Part shown: piece by piece, positions 14,140 through 26,354 of the stretch | How the letters are laid out: every line of letters starts with the position of its first letter | How positions within the stretch are numbered: the stretch's first letter is position 1 | Source: the human T2T-CHM13v2.0 reference genome, Homo sapiens | DNA length: 64,000 nucleotides | Strand: one strand, 5' to 3' | Assembly (NCBI RefSeq): GCF_009914755.1 | Contig: NC_060936.1 | Translations under genes and position numbers: made by a program | Notes under the pieces: generated by a model | The model's database searches: none | What the model was told of the DNA's origin: nothing | Seen by the model: only the letters and a program-made list of their open reading frames with translations

Positions 14140-16480
14140 TTTTGAATCACCTTTCTTGGATAACATTTACATGAAATAACATGGACACATTTCAGGTCTA
14201 CACTTAGGTAGACGTTGACAGATGTGTACATATTCATCTCCTTCAGAAGGTACCCTGTATCCCCCAGCAGTCATTCCCGACCTCCCCCTGTGTGAGAACC
14301 ATTCATCTGCTTTTTGTCAGTATAGATTAGTTTGATTCTTCTAGATATTTGTACAGCACATACTTTATTGGGTCTGGCTTCTTTTACTCAGTATTATGTT
14401 TTTAGGACCAATCCATCTTGTTGTGTGTATCAGTCATTTGCAATCTTTTATTGCTGAGTAGCATTCTGGTGTTTGTCTGTGCCACAGTTTGTTTATACTT
14501 CACCTGTTGATGGACTTTTGGATTGTTTCCACTTTAGCTATTATGAGTAAGTCTTCTACAAACATTCACATACAACCCTTACTGTGGACACACTTTTTCA
14601 TTTCTCCCAGGTAAATACCAAGGGAGTGGGGTTGCTAGGACTTACGTTAAATATAAGTTTCCCTGTGTTAAAGACTACCAATTCTTTTTCAAATAATTTT
14701 ACTATTTTACACTTTACCAGAAATATATGCAATCCAGGTGCCTCACACCCTCACCATTGCTATTGTCCTAATTTTGACCATCCTAGTGGGCGAACTGTGC
14801 TCTAGTGAGGTTTTATTTTGTATTTCCTTGGTGACTCATCATGTTGAGCATCTTTTATGTGCTTATTGGCCACTGCCACAAATAGATCTAGTTTTATGAA
14901 ATGCCTGTTCAAATTGCATGTCCATTCTTTTCAGTTTGGTTGTTTGGCTTCTTATTATTGTGCTGTAAACTTTATATAATTAGAACAAAGTCTTATGTCA
15001 GACACATGCACTGTAGATATTTTCTTCCAGTTTAAGGTTTGCCTTTTCATTTTTATTTCTTGAAGCTTTATACTTTAGTGAAGGACGGTTTATCAGATTT
15101 TCCTCTTATGGTTAGTTCTTTGTCCTGTCTAAGAAATCTTTGACTGTTCCAAGGTTTTTTATTTCTTCTGAAAGGTTTATAGATTTTGCTTTTGTGTTTT
15201 TGTCTGTACACCATTTAGGATTAATATCTGAATAGGGTGTAAGGGAAGGACTGAGGTTCTTTTATTCCTCTTATTAGGATATTCAATTTTCACAATACTA
15301 TTTATTGACAAACCTATTTTGTTCTCCATGAGATTCTCTTGATATATCGATTGACAAATCAGGTGTGGGTGCTTCTGGACTTTATTTGGCTGCACTGCTC
15401 TGTGTGTCTGTTATAGGCCAAAACCACACTCCTCTGGTTACCATATCTTCATAGTAAGTTTTAAAATCACAAGTTGTAAGTTCTCCAACCTTTTCTTCTC
15501 ATCAAAATGTTTTTGCTATTCGAGGTTCTTTGAATTCCCAAAACTTACCATTTTAAAATTTAAAAAGAAATTTTTTGTAAATAAAAATCCCCTGCTGGAA
15601 TTTTTATTAGAATGTTGTTGAATCTTTAGATCAAGTTGAAGAGAATCAACATCTTAACCATATTGAAATTTTTGAATTATGAACACAACAAGGAAGCCTT
15701 TCCATTTATTTTGTCTTTATTGATTTTTCTCAGCAGAGTTCTGTAATTTTCAGCATACAGGTCTGGTATGTATTTTGATAAAATTGTGTGTAAATATTTT
15801 ATGGTTTTGCCTATCAAAAAATATTATTTTAATTTCATTTGCAGTTGCTCATTCCTAGTACATGGAAATATCATTGGTCTTAGCATACTAACTTTCTATC
15901 CTATTACCTTCCTAAACCTATTTACCAGTTGTAGTAGGCTTTTTTTTTTTGAAAGAGAGAGAGTCTTTTAGAATATCTAGGTTCATGGTCATGTTGTCTG
16001 TGAGTAACTCTAGTTTTACTTCTTCCTTTCCAACTTGTATGCATTTTTTTCTTGCCTTATTATACTTTCTAGGACCTCTAGTACAATGTTGAATATAAAT
16101 GGTGAGAGCAATGATTTATATCATTTGTCTAATTTTGTTCAGGCTTTCCCCACTAAGTAAGATATTAGTTGTAGATTTTTTCTAGTTGCCTTTTATTAGA
16201 TTAAGGAAGTTCCCTTTAATTTCTAGTTTGCTGAGAGTTTTTTAAAATCATAAATGGATATAGCATTTTGCTAAATGTTTTTCTACATCTACTGAGATGA
16301 TCATAGGTGTGTTTTCTTTATTTTTTACCTTATTATATTTATATGGTTAATTTCATTAATAGATAAAACAACTATTTATTTATGGTGCATGTGTATGTGT
16401 GTATAATTTAGTGGTGTATTATCTTTATATATATATATATGGCCAGATTCAATTGTCTAATACTTTGTTATGCATGATGA
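14140..16480 (-). mobile_element. Old L1M (approx. 2.3 kb, 3'UTR and part of ORF2)
   Basis: T-rich antisense L1 with motifs gtctggcttcttttactcag, cacctgttgatggac, aggacctctagtacaatgttgaata, aaggaagttccct. Confidence 0.85.
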
Positions 16481-16904
16481 CTATAATCTTGAGTATGTCC
16501 TACTTTAAGCTGTGTTCACATTGTCCAATTCGTCATCCACACTCAACTGAAACTGCATGTTCCAGTCACTGACAACCTCCAAATAGCTAAGTGCAATTAC
16601 CTTACTTATTTTTAGTCTTTGATTTCATTAACTTTGCTGTAATAATTTATGCTGTTGGTCATCTTCTCCTTCCTGAAAATTCCGTTCTTTGCTTTGCAGA
16701 CCTTGTACTGTACCTCTTATTGATCCCTGTAATTCTCTCTGATTCTCCTATGAGTTCCCCTCTTTCCTCCTGCTTTTTTAGCACTTGGCATAAGATCTAT
16801 CTTGCTGTGTCTTTTACCCTTACATGAACATGTCCCTCCTCCCTGGATTCTACTTCAAGTCTCTCTTTACGTAGTATTTAGAAATACTATTGAATCAATA
16901 GTAT

Positions 16905-17062
16905 GGACCAATAGTATTTCCATATATTAGCCATGAGCAACTGCAAAATGAAATTAAAACAATATATTTATAATAAGCAAAATATAAAATATTTACAGAC
17001 AATTTTATCAAAATACATACCAGACCTGCATACTGAAAATTACAAAACGCTGCTGAGAAAAA
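16905..17062 (+). mobile_element. L1M ORF2 fragment
   Basis: Translation KYLQTILSKYIPDLHTENYKTLLRK matches the L1 ORF2 motif KYLGI.LT....DLY.ENYKTLLKE. Confidence 0.7.
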
Positions 17063-18459
17063 CATGGTGTCCTGTCACAACAGATGTCCAGAAAGGATTT
17101 GTGCATGACAACAAGAATGGATTCTGAAGACTTCTCTAATATTTCTGGGGGATTTGGTCTCTACGCATGACTTATATTATCTCTGCTCTGAGGACATTTA
17201 TAAATAAACTCTTCATTATTATGTTTTTAAAAGAAACTTCATAGGAAAACCAAGAAGATACCTTTCCTCTGTAGCCGTTCCAGTCTCTGACTTGGTTGAC
17301 CCCCACAAAAAGCAGTCAGACTTCTGCATGGACATTCTTGCACAAACATGTGATACGAACCGTTATGTTATCAAATTCAAATCAACATCTCAGTCTTCCC
17401 AGCATATGAACAGATCTTCAGTATCATGAACATCTGATTTTGGTTTAATATGAATCCTGAGAGCCCAGCTCCTATCTGCAAAGTCAAGATATGGGGAGAG
17501 AGAGGGTTAACATGTCATGGCTGGAACCAACCCTACACTCTATAGCTGTGAACAATTAGGCCTGTCAATGTTCCCTTTGCAGAAACTCCTGCTACTTTAT
17601 CGGGACTAATAAGCAACAGAATTTTGACTTTTTGATAGGTGGGGTTATAAATCTACCATCAAGGCTGAGAGAGGACAAGATGAGTTTATATGTACAAGTA
17701 GAATCTTTAACTCTGGACCCTACAAGATACTCAAGCTAGGAATGCCCTATTTGTTCCAAGACAGGAGTGGCATGAGATGGAGGAACTAGATCTGGAACAA
17801 GAAATTATTTTCTTTTAACAAATTTCACAGTAGAGTATGTAACAGCTGCACAGAGCAAGACCCCTGAATTTCTCTGATAGGTCAACCATATAATATTTGC
17901 TCATGTGAAATTCTTCCTTTCACATGTCTCAACAATATTTTATTGCTTTCACTGTATTTTGTAAGTTGCTTTTTACACATTTTTAAATATGAAAATTGAT
18001 ACTTGAACTCTTGGAAGAGAACACAGAAAAGATTAAGAAAACTTGAATTTTGGTGTATCTTATTACTAATAAAATTCTATGTGTGAGAAAAAAGTTTTCT
18101 TAAACCATAAAATATTTTCAATGAATATCCTTGAGTGCCATTTTATTTGTAAATTCTCCATGTTTAATTGAATAAATAGATAAGTAAAGCTTCTCACTGC
18201 ACATTAGTTTAACAAAATGCATAGAATTATGACCAAAGTTTTGTTTGCAAAATTAATTCCTTTCTAAAAGCCATTAAGTCTCCAGTCGTTTTAATCCATC
18301 TTTGATATGAGTGACCGAGAAAAAAGTTTTAAACTGTTTCAGTATTCATCCAGAAGTATTTACTGTTTCCTCATTGTTGGTCAATATCCCTGTTCTTAAA
18401 GTGTTCTGTTTGGAGAGATTTTCTTGAATATCTTGGTCTTTTCTGATGTCCCTTTATAG

Positions 18460-18790
18460 AAATTTACTCTGCCACATCTCTGCTCCACTATTATCACCCA
18501 TCATGATTCCAGAAAGATCTTTCTAGACCATGAATCATTCCTGTTACTTCCTCACTTAACAGCTCCACATTTTCCCGTAAAATTAAGAATAAAATTCAAA
18601 TGCCTTCCTATGACATACACAGTACTTCGTGATTTGGTTCTAACATCATTTCTGTCCCTCTACATTTATAGAGATAGTGATCTCTGTGAGAGCAGGAACT
18701 TCGTCTACAATATTTTTTATATCTGTGTCTCAACATCACCACTAGCACTTAATATTTCTGGATGGATGGATAAATGAATGAATAAATGAC
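18460..18790 (+). mobile_element. L2 3' fragment
   Basis: L2-like body ending in ggatggatggataaatgaatgaataaatg. Confidence 0.6.
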
Positions 18791-19829
18791 ATTGTGTCTT
18801 TCAGGGCCTCCTTATTTGATGGTGTGCTCATTAGAAAGAGTTAATATGATGTTTGCAAAGATGAGTATTCACTTCTGGATGGGAACCTGGGTACTATGGT
18901 AGATTTGCATATCTATTGTCAATTACATTCTGTATACATAATAATTCCACAAAAAGTGAATTGTTGAACAAAATAGAATGTTGCCTATGTCCTCTACATA
19001 TTCTTTTCCTATGTGTTCTAGGAAAAAAAAATCAATCTATTAAGACCATTTGTGTATGGCAGTTAAAGAAAATGTAAAATGAATTAAATAACTCAGTTTA
19101 TGGTGCCCAGATAATGCCACCAGCTTTCAGAGGAAGATGCATCTGGTGGCCAGGAAGAGTTTCATGGAGAGACTGAAAGCTGCTCTGGCATCTGCAAGAA
19201 GGGAATAGGTTAGGTGTGAGGCGAGTGTGCATCTCCCAAAGGGCAAGAGCTTGAGCAGCCAGGAACACTAAAAGCAGAGACAAGAGCAAAAGTAACACAA
19301 TCCCAACCATTATTCCCTTTATGTTGAGACATTAGTATAATAGGATTACATATTCCTTCTGCCCAACAATTCCACTTTAATTTTATTGCCATTCTAAACT
19401 CATTAAAAATATACTCTGGCTCCTCTCTGAGCCACAATGCTAATGAGGTAGCACGATTAGCATCAGAGCTCAGTCTGAAGTAATTACTTCTAGCCACATT
19501 TTGGCTTCTTCACTGAATATGGAAAAGCGAAGAAGTGATTCTGGAAGTACTTTAACAGGTTTTAAAACAGATGCTTTCATTTGGATCACTGACTCTAGGA
19601 ATCGTCAACCACTTGGGAACAGTCATCCATAAAAATAATTATTTCTCTTCAAAATGAATGACTAGAATCAGTTTCCTAGTTGCCAGAATTTTATCATTAA
19701 CACTATTTGATGACACTCTCTCTTACGGTGTTTTTGGTAAACTTCAGTTCCTGTGCTGTGGTTTCTCATTCTACAAAGCTGGTCTCTTTCTTTCCTTCTC
19801 TCTTTCTTCCTCTTTTTTTAAGTTGATGG

Positions 19830-19851
19830 TTTGTTGTTGTTGTTGTTGTTG
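19830..19851. repeat. (GTT)n microsatellite
   Basis: ttgttgttgttgttgttgttg. Confidence 0.9.
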
Positions 19852-20540
19852 CTCTTATTGATTTGTGACAAAAAAGAAAAGAATAAGGAAAATGAATCCT
19901 AAAGGATACGGTTAATTTATGATTTGTAATGAGGGGAAGGAGCAATGATAAGAGAAAAAAGTGAACGTGCTTATTTGTGGAAAGCATGTAATTGGGAGTA
20001 GTGGCACACGAAGGTTATTCTATTCCTATTCCCGTATTCTTAAGAACATAAAACAGTTACACCTTGGGCCGTCTTGAGTCTCATGAGGCAGACATGCTGG
20101 GGCATTAGGGGAAAAAATTACTGGGCAGAAGGCTAAATGTCCCAAAGTAAATACAATGTGGATGCCTGGAATTATGCTGCGGATATCTTGGTTTTAGAAC
20201 CACGCTACATATGTGCAACACCCCAACTCTAAAGGCCCCTCTGCCATGATGGGCATGAAGATTCTCCTTGCTTGGCTCTGTTTCTGCTCCAGCCATCCTC
20301 ATTTTCATTACGAGGTTCATGGGAGACACATATGCTACTTGGCCCACAGATATTCTGTCTCCTAGAATGGGCTTGCTTAGCTGCTATTATGTAATTCCTC
20401 AGCATCTCACCATTTGCCCACCTCCACATCTCACCCTCCTCTGCTCTCCAGCTGGAGCATCCTTGTGTCACAAGGCCATGTATCAGAGCTCTGCTACTCC
20501 TCCCCGCACTGCCTTTACTCCTGTTTGAAAATCATTTCCC

Positions 20541-20690
20541 CACCAGGTGTGGTGGCTCACACCTGTAATCTCAGCACTTTGGGAGGCTGAGGCGGGCAGA
20601 TCACGAGGTCAGGCAATCGAGACCATACTGGCTAACACAAAACCTCTTCTCTACTAAAAATACAAAAAAAAAAGAAAAAAAGAAAAAAAA
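20541..20690 (+). mobile_element. Alu left monomer only (AluSc8/Y-type diagnostics)
   Basis: Left arm with gatcacgaggtcagg and ctggctaacac, running from the A-rich linker directly into a poly-A stretch. Confidence 0.85.
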
Positions 20691-21251
20691 TCCTTTTCCT
20701 ATCACAAATTTCCAACAGCTCACTAGCCTGGCCCTAGTGGGCCCTTTGCCCACTTACATTAGGCCAAGCACTTGTTTTTTGTGCCTGAGGGGAGAGGAAA
20801 TGGAAGACTGCACTGCAACTGGGAAAGTCCACAGACTCTTATGTTATCCTTGGATTGGTCTCTGCGTCTTGTGGTCTTCCTCTCTTTTCTTGCTGGTCTC
20901 GCTCTTCAACTGAACTTGAGATGTTCTCTCCCCAGTTCTCTCTACAAATCCTCCTCCAAGTCTCCTCTGCACTGAGAAGCCTTCCTTTCCTGCAGCCCGC
21001 TCTCTCCCCGCTCCTTCTTCTTCTCCTGCAGTACTTCACTGGGAAGTAGCGATTTGATATTCCCTTTTCCTCTATGAAACTGTAAACACTGGAGGATAGC
21101 GATCATGTTGTATTGTATTTTTTTTCTATTTTCTATTTCTACAGTACTTGCATCCATGATGATAAGTGTACTTCTTTACAACAGATATAAAATGAGCCTC
21201 AGTTAGACACTAGGCACTACAAGACATACATTCATTCAACAACTATGTTTG

Positions 21252-21556
<305 letters not shown>

Positions 21557-22415
21557 AACTATGTTTTAAGATTCTATCATGCGTCAGGCAGTGTGCTCAA
21601 CACCGCGGTGACCCCGGCATCCTGCAGTTTCCAGTCCAGTGAGGAAGACATCACACAAATACATAATTTGCAAACTGTGATGAAATTGCCACGGAGAATA
21701 CAGAATACCATGAGTTTATAACTGGGTGATTGTACCTAGTTTGAGGAAACATGGTTTTGCTTTGGCACAGTGAATTCAGTAAACGAGTGAGTCAAGGAAC
21801 AAATCCTTATGCAAGAAATAATGCTTGTGCAAGGATATGCCCAACAGACTTAATATACTTTATTTACTAATTAAATCCATATGAAACACAAAGAGAGGAA
21901 CTACTAATCATAATCAACGAAAACCATAAAGTAAATAATTTGATTGGAAGTAACTTTAGAGATCATCTAAAGCAGTGCCCTTAAAATGTCAGAGACTCCC
22001 TTGAACTTTGATAAACAAATGTTGCAGACAATTGCAATGAGACCCCCTAAAGCCCATGGATGCCTTGTTAAGGACTGCTGCTCTAAAAGCACTTTTTCCC
22101 ACAATCCTTGTAGGTATATGGCATAACGTATAGTCAGAGCATGTTAGAATTTTCCAATCAGAGCTATAGCATACCCAGAATAGAAAGTCCTCTGAAAATC
22201 TTTGATTTGTTCAATAAGTTCCAAAAAAAAAAGATCCTTGAAAAAAAATCCACAATAGTTGAAACCTAAATTCAGAATATATTCTCCTAAGCCTTGCTTT
22301 TTGGGAGATGTAATAAAGGAGAAGTAATCTATAAAAAGACACATCCACAATCTTTAGAACCTTTGCGAATCAAATCAGTATCCTAAATAGGAACAACGTC
22401 AAAACAAAATGTTAC

Positions 22416-22518
22416 CTTAGTTTTCTTCTGAATAAAGGGAGCTAGTTTGTGTCTCTAATAAAGAGGGGAATAAAATAAAGTGCTGTTTCTGACAAGTGCA
22501 CATCCTTCCAGATCAGTT
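22416..22518 (-). other. Candidate non-coding spliced exon (103 nt)
   Basis: Minus strand: acceptor ctattttttttcctgcttctag| and donor AAG|gtaaca. Stops in all three frames. Motif evidence only. Confidence 0.3.
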
Positions 22519-22729
22519 CTAGAAGCAGGAAAAAAAATAGCGAGGAATGCTATTGAACAGGTGTAGATCAGCAAAATGAGAAAAAAAATAAATCGTTTTT
22601 GTTTCTTTTTGCACAATATAACAATATCAATTTCTATTCCATCTATAAAGAGAAAGTACATGTATGATTTTTCAAATTTACAGAAAAGTTTCAGCGTTTA
22701 GAGATGACATTTTGTAGAGCTGTTTTAAA

Positions 22730-22970
22730 AACATATGACTATGTTCTATGGAGCCAAAATGTCTGGACTCAAATAAATGAGTCTGAATCCTTTCCTAACT
22801 AAGAAACTTTAGATCTACACGTTTAACCTTCATAGCCTGTTTTATGTTCTATAAAATGGGAGAGATAATAATAACAACAATAGTAAGAATAATCTCATAG
22901 GGCTGTGTAAACATTAAGTAAGGTAATCCATGTAAAACATTTGGAACAATACTTGGCATGAAAACAATGC
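22730..22970 (+). mobile_element. MIR SINE
   Basis: tttaaccttcatagcctg...ctataaaatggg...tcatagggctg...aatccatgtaaaacatttggaacaatacttggca. Confidence 0.7.
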
Positions 22971-25099
22971 AAGAAAGACAGTAGAAAGGAAAAAAAGAAC
23001 AAGAAAAATAAATCTTCAAATTAAAAAGGGTTGAGTGAAAACAGAACTTAAAAATACAATTTACGAGAAATAAAAGCCCTGAAGAGTTGTGAGGATTTTA
23101 CAGATGTCAAAAAGGAAGAGGCAAAATATGAAAAAGAAATCAGAGAAACTCCTCACCCGTACCGGCTTGACTGAGCCTGTTTACCTGTTCTGGGGACTTC
23201 TTTCAGAATTCAACCCCCAGATGGCAATAGAAACCATGGTGATTGGATGATACTCTTCTGGCTCTATTTCTGCTTTACAAACTTTGCTTTAAAATTTACA
23301 AATGCCTTTCGTGTCCATTTTCCAAAAAATTTAATAACTTAACTCAATGTTTATTGACACTGACCTGTAAGATACGTTTCCTGGGGTTGCTCTGAATCTG
23401 ACATAACATCTGCAAAACATAGTAAAAAGCATAAAATGCTATCCAAATACCTCACCATCATGTGAAAATATATGTGAGGAAAATTATGCACAGAAAGATA
23501 GGCAGTCAGCATGAGGCAAGTTGTCTTGAACAAGTATGACACGGTTAATTTGCTAAGAGAAGGACCACCACCAAGTTATGATCAGCTCCAAAAAGGTTGT
23601 TTTAACAACTTTGCACCAAACAGAACAGGCCCCTCACTGGCATAGTGTGCACAAACATACTTTCTCCTTCCTCAGACAATCAGAGTTTAGAGTCGTGTTC
23701 TGTTCCCATCGATTCTACAGAACAACATTCTTTAATCAGTTGCTGCCACAATCTGACTGGCTTCCAAGCTGAGCTACTCCAAATGCAGTCTGCACCACCT
23801 TGCCAGGGTCTTCAGACAATCTTCAGGCCTGTTAGGACACAGTGGATCCCTTGCAAGTCATTTGGCTCCTAGCACTTCCTGTGCATGCCAATTTAGTCTG
23901 CAGGTTGCTCTTTCTCTGCAGCCATTAGAACCCCATTTCCATTCCAGGAACCACGTGACTGAGAAACAAAATGATGCTGATGCCCAATGTTTGTCATCAA
24001 CCTGGCCCTCAAATGTCCTTGGCAAAACCTACCTGAACTCTTAAGAGGCCATTTTCAGAGCAAGAAATATAAAAATTAAATATTTTACAAGGTAAGAAGG
24101 GAAAGTATTTACATAGCCAGTAGTTTTACATGATCATTTGGAGGGAGGAAATAAAGGAGCGTTCGAGGTAAACAGATTTCTGTTTTTTTCTGTTCAAAAT
24201 GTTGTTTCTCTATTCCTGTAAACCTATGGAAATGATCTGCGTTGTCCTGCAAGTTCTCATGCCAAAAATTTAAATGCACTGGAGTAGGATGTTGGAGATT
24301 GTTTTTTAACTCAAGCTATAAACTGCACATGACAGTATATTTATAACACAGCTATAATGAGGGAGGCTAATGGAGTAGTTGGAGCATACAAGGGAAATAT
24401 GCAGAAATTTGGGGTCCGGAGGCAGGGCATGAAAACAACATGTTGAATTTCTGCATGCCCTTAGCAAAATGCTCCTGAAGCCAATTTACAAAGCGGTCCT
24501 GTATCTCCCAGCTCCTCTCAGATACTCTTTCCATGAGGCTCCCCTACTCTCAAATATATTACAGCCATCCCTGAAAAACAAACAAACAAATGAACAAACA
24601 CTGCATGGAAGAGAATCCTAAAATTAAATGCCATTGAATGATCATTCATTTTACAACCGAAAAACACTAAAAATATCATGTGTTTGAAAGCTACTTTTTA
24701 TGTAAAAATGTCCAAACAGGTTAACCCCCTGCAAACAAATTTTAGTTCATAATATGCGCTCAGTCATAACAGCAATGATTTTCTTCCCCATCTTATTTCC
24801 TTCTGTTTACTAATAGGCCCTGTCTGAGTGCCCCTACCCTATAGGAATAAGAATAGAAAGCTCAAGTCAGGAGACATTCCTGATTCAAATGCCTGGTGGA
24901 AAAGAGGGCCCCTAGACCAAATTACTTAATCTAAAGCCCTCGTACCCAGGCCACACACAAAGACTTACCACGTGTATTGTTTCCTTAAAATGACTTGTCT
25001 GAGGTCAGCATTTCAAGCACCACACTGTTTCTCCTTCCCAATAGCTATTTCTACCACTTATAAAAGGAAGGCAAATCTTTCCTTCTCCCAGGATATCAC

Positions 25100-26060
25100 A
25101 AAGGTCCACTGTCCCATAGGGTAAAAACCTCCTGAGGCACCAAATAGATGTATGTATAATCCAAAAATTGGTGTTCTGGTTACAAAGAAAAATGTCTGGA
25201 AAGAGTAAGGAAAAAACTTTGATTAGTGAGGTGGTCTCTAAATCTTTGCTTTCATTAAAATTGAACAAGGTCATTTAGTGAAGAATCATTAAAAATAAAA
25301 CACGAAGAGATGGTAAACAATTTTTTTGGCATGTGTATCAAATTGAGTGATTTTGTTATACATTAAGGGAAGAAAAGCTTATTTCATTTCCATCTGCTAA
25401 TTTATGTAAAAACATTTCTCTGTGCAGTGTTACAATGGAAAATAGAGATTGCACTGACGCTGAGCTCATTCTAGCAATAACTGATGTTCATGAGACATTT
25501 CCAATAAAATTTTACCTTCTTTGTATGGCAAGTATCAACATGAAAATAACAGCAACATATATTGAGGCTTACTATGGGCCCTAACTGTTGTACCTATTTT
25601 AACTAATTGAACTCTGTTAACATCCCTATGAACTAGATATTATTTTTACCTCATGTTGCAGTTGAGGCAATAGCTGCCCAGGGCGGTTAAGAAAATTGCC
25701 CAAAATTACACAGTAAGGCAGAGCTGAGTTTTGAGTTTAGGCAGTCTGATTTCAGAATCCGTGTTCTTAACCATAACCCTGTGTTGTCTCAATGCATGTA
25801 TAATAAATATATTTAGTTTGCATTCAGAACCAAATCCAGAAACTTTTTTTGTATTTCAAGCCTTATGATCATAGTTAATTTGAAATTTGAAAATGGATAT
25901 ATAAATTTTTATTGCAGAAAAATATGATAGTCAATGAAAGCTATTCGATTAAAAAAAGTATTACATTAGAGTAAAGAGTATAATGGAAGTGAAATGAAAA
26001 TATAAGTTCAAGGACAAAAAAGACATAAAATTTTAATTGTAAAAGTAACAGTCTTACATG
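25100..26060. mobile_element. Charlie-type hAT DNA transposon relic with an internal antisense MIR (~25545-25790)
   Basis: Charlie-like motif ctcattctagcaataactgatgttcat; MIR core gttgaggcaa...ggttaagaaaattgcccaaaattacacag. Confidence 0.4.
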
Positions 26061-26180
26061 TTTCTCTTTTTAAAAGGATTTTATTGTGAATACCTATAAA
26101 TCCATCACACACTTTATTAACATTTTATTGTACTTGATTATCACAAATATTTCCATCTGTCCATCCATACATCCTTACAA

Positions 26181-26337
26181 TTTATTTTTTAGAAATGGGG
26201 GTCTCGCTCTGTGGCCCAGGCTGGAGTGCAGTGGCACCATCATAGCTCTGAGCAGCCTTGAACTCCTGGACTCAAGCCATCTTCCCACCTCAACCTTCAG
26301 CGTAGCTGGTATTAGAGGTGGAGCTACTGCACCTGGC
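26181..26337 (-). mobile_element. Fossil Alu monomer (FRAM/FAM type)
   Basis: Single monomer gtctcgctctgtggcccaggctggagtgcagtggcaccatcatagctc...ctgcacctggc; flanking repeat CAATTTATTTTT at 26178 and 26342. Confidence 0.8.
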
Positions 26338-26354
26338 TTCCCAATTTATTTTTA

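Noticed and set aside
19135-19152. CTCF-like motif (minus strand TGGCCACCAGATGCATC)
   Set aside because: The 3' half deviates from the GGCGC/GGCAG core; a single partial motif is not supportable without ChIP data.
23550-24050. Run of overlapping short ORFs suggesting a processed pseudogene
   Set aside because: No recognisable protein in any frame, and no poly-A tail or TSD.
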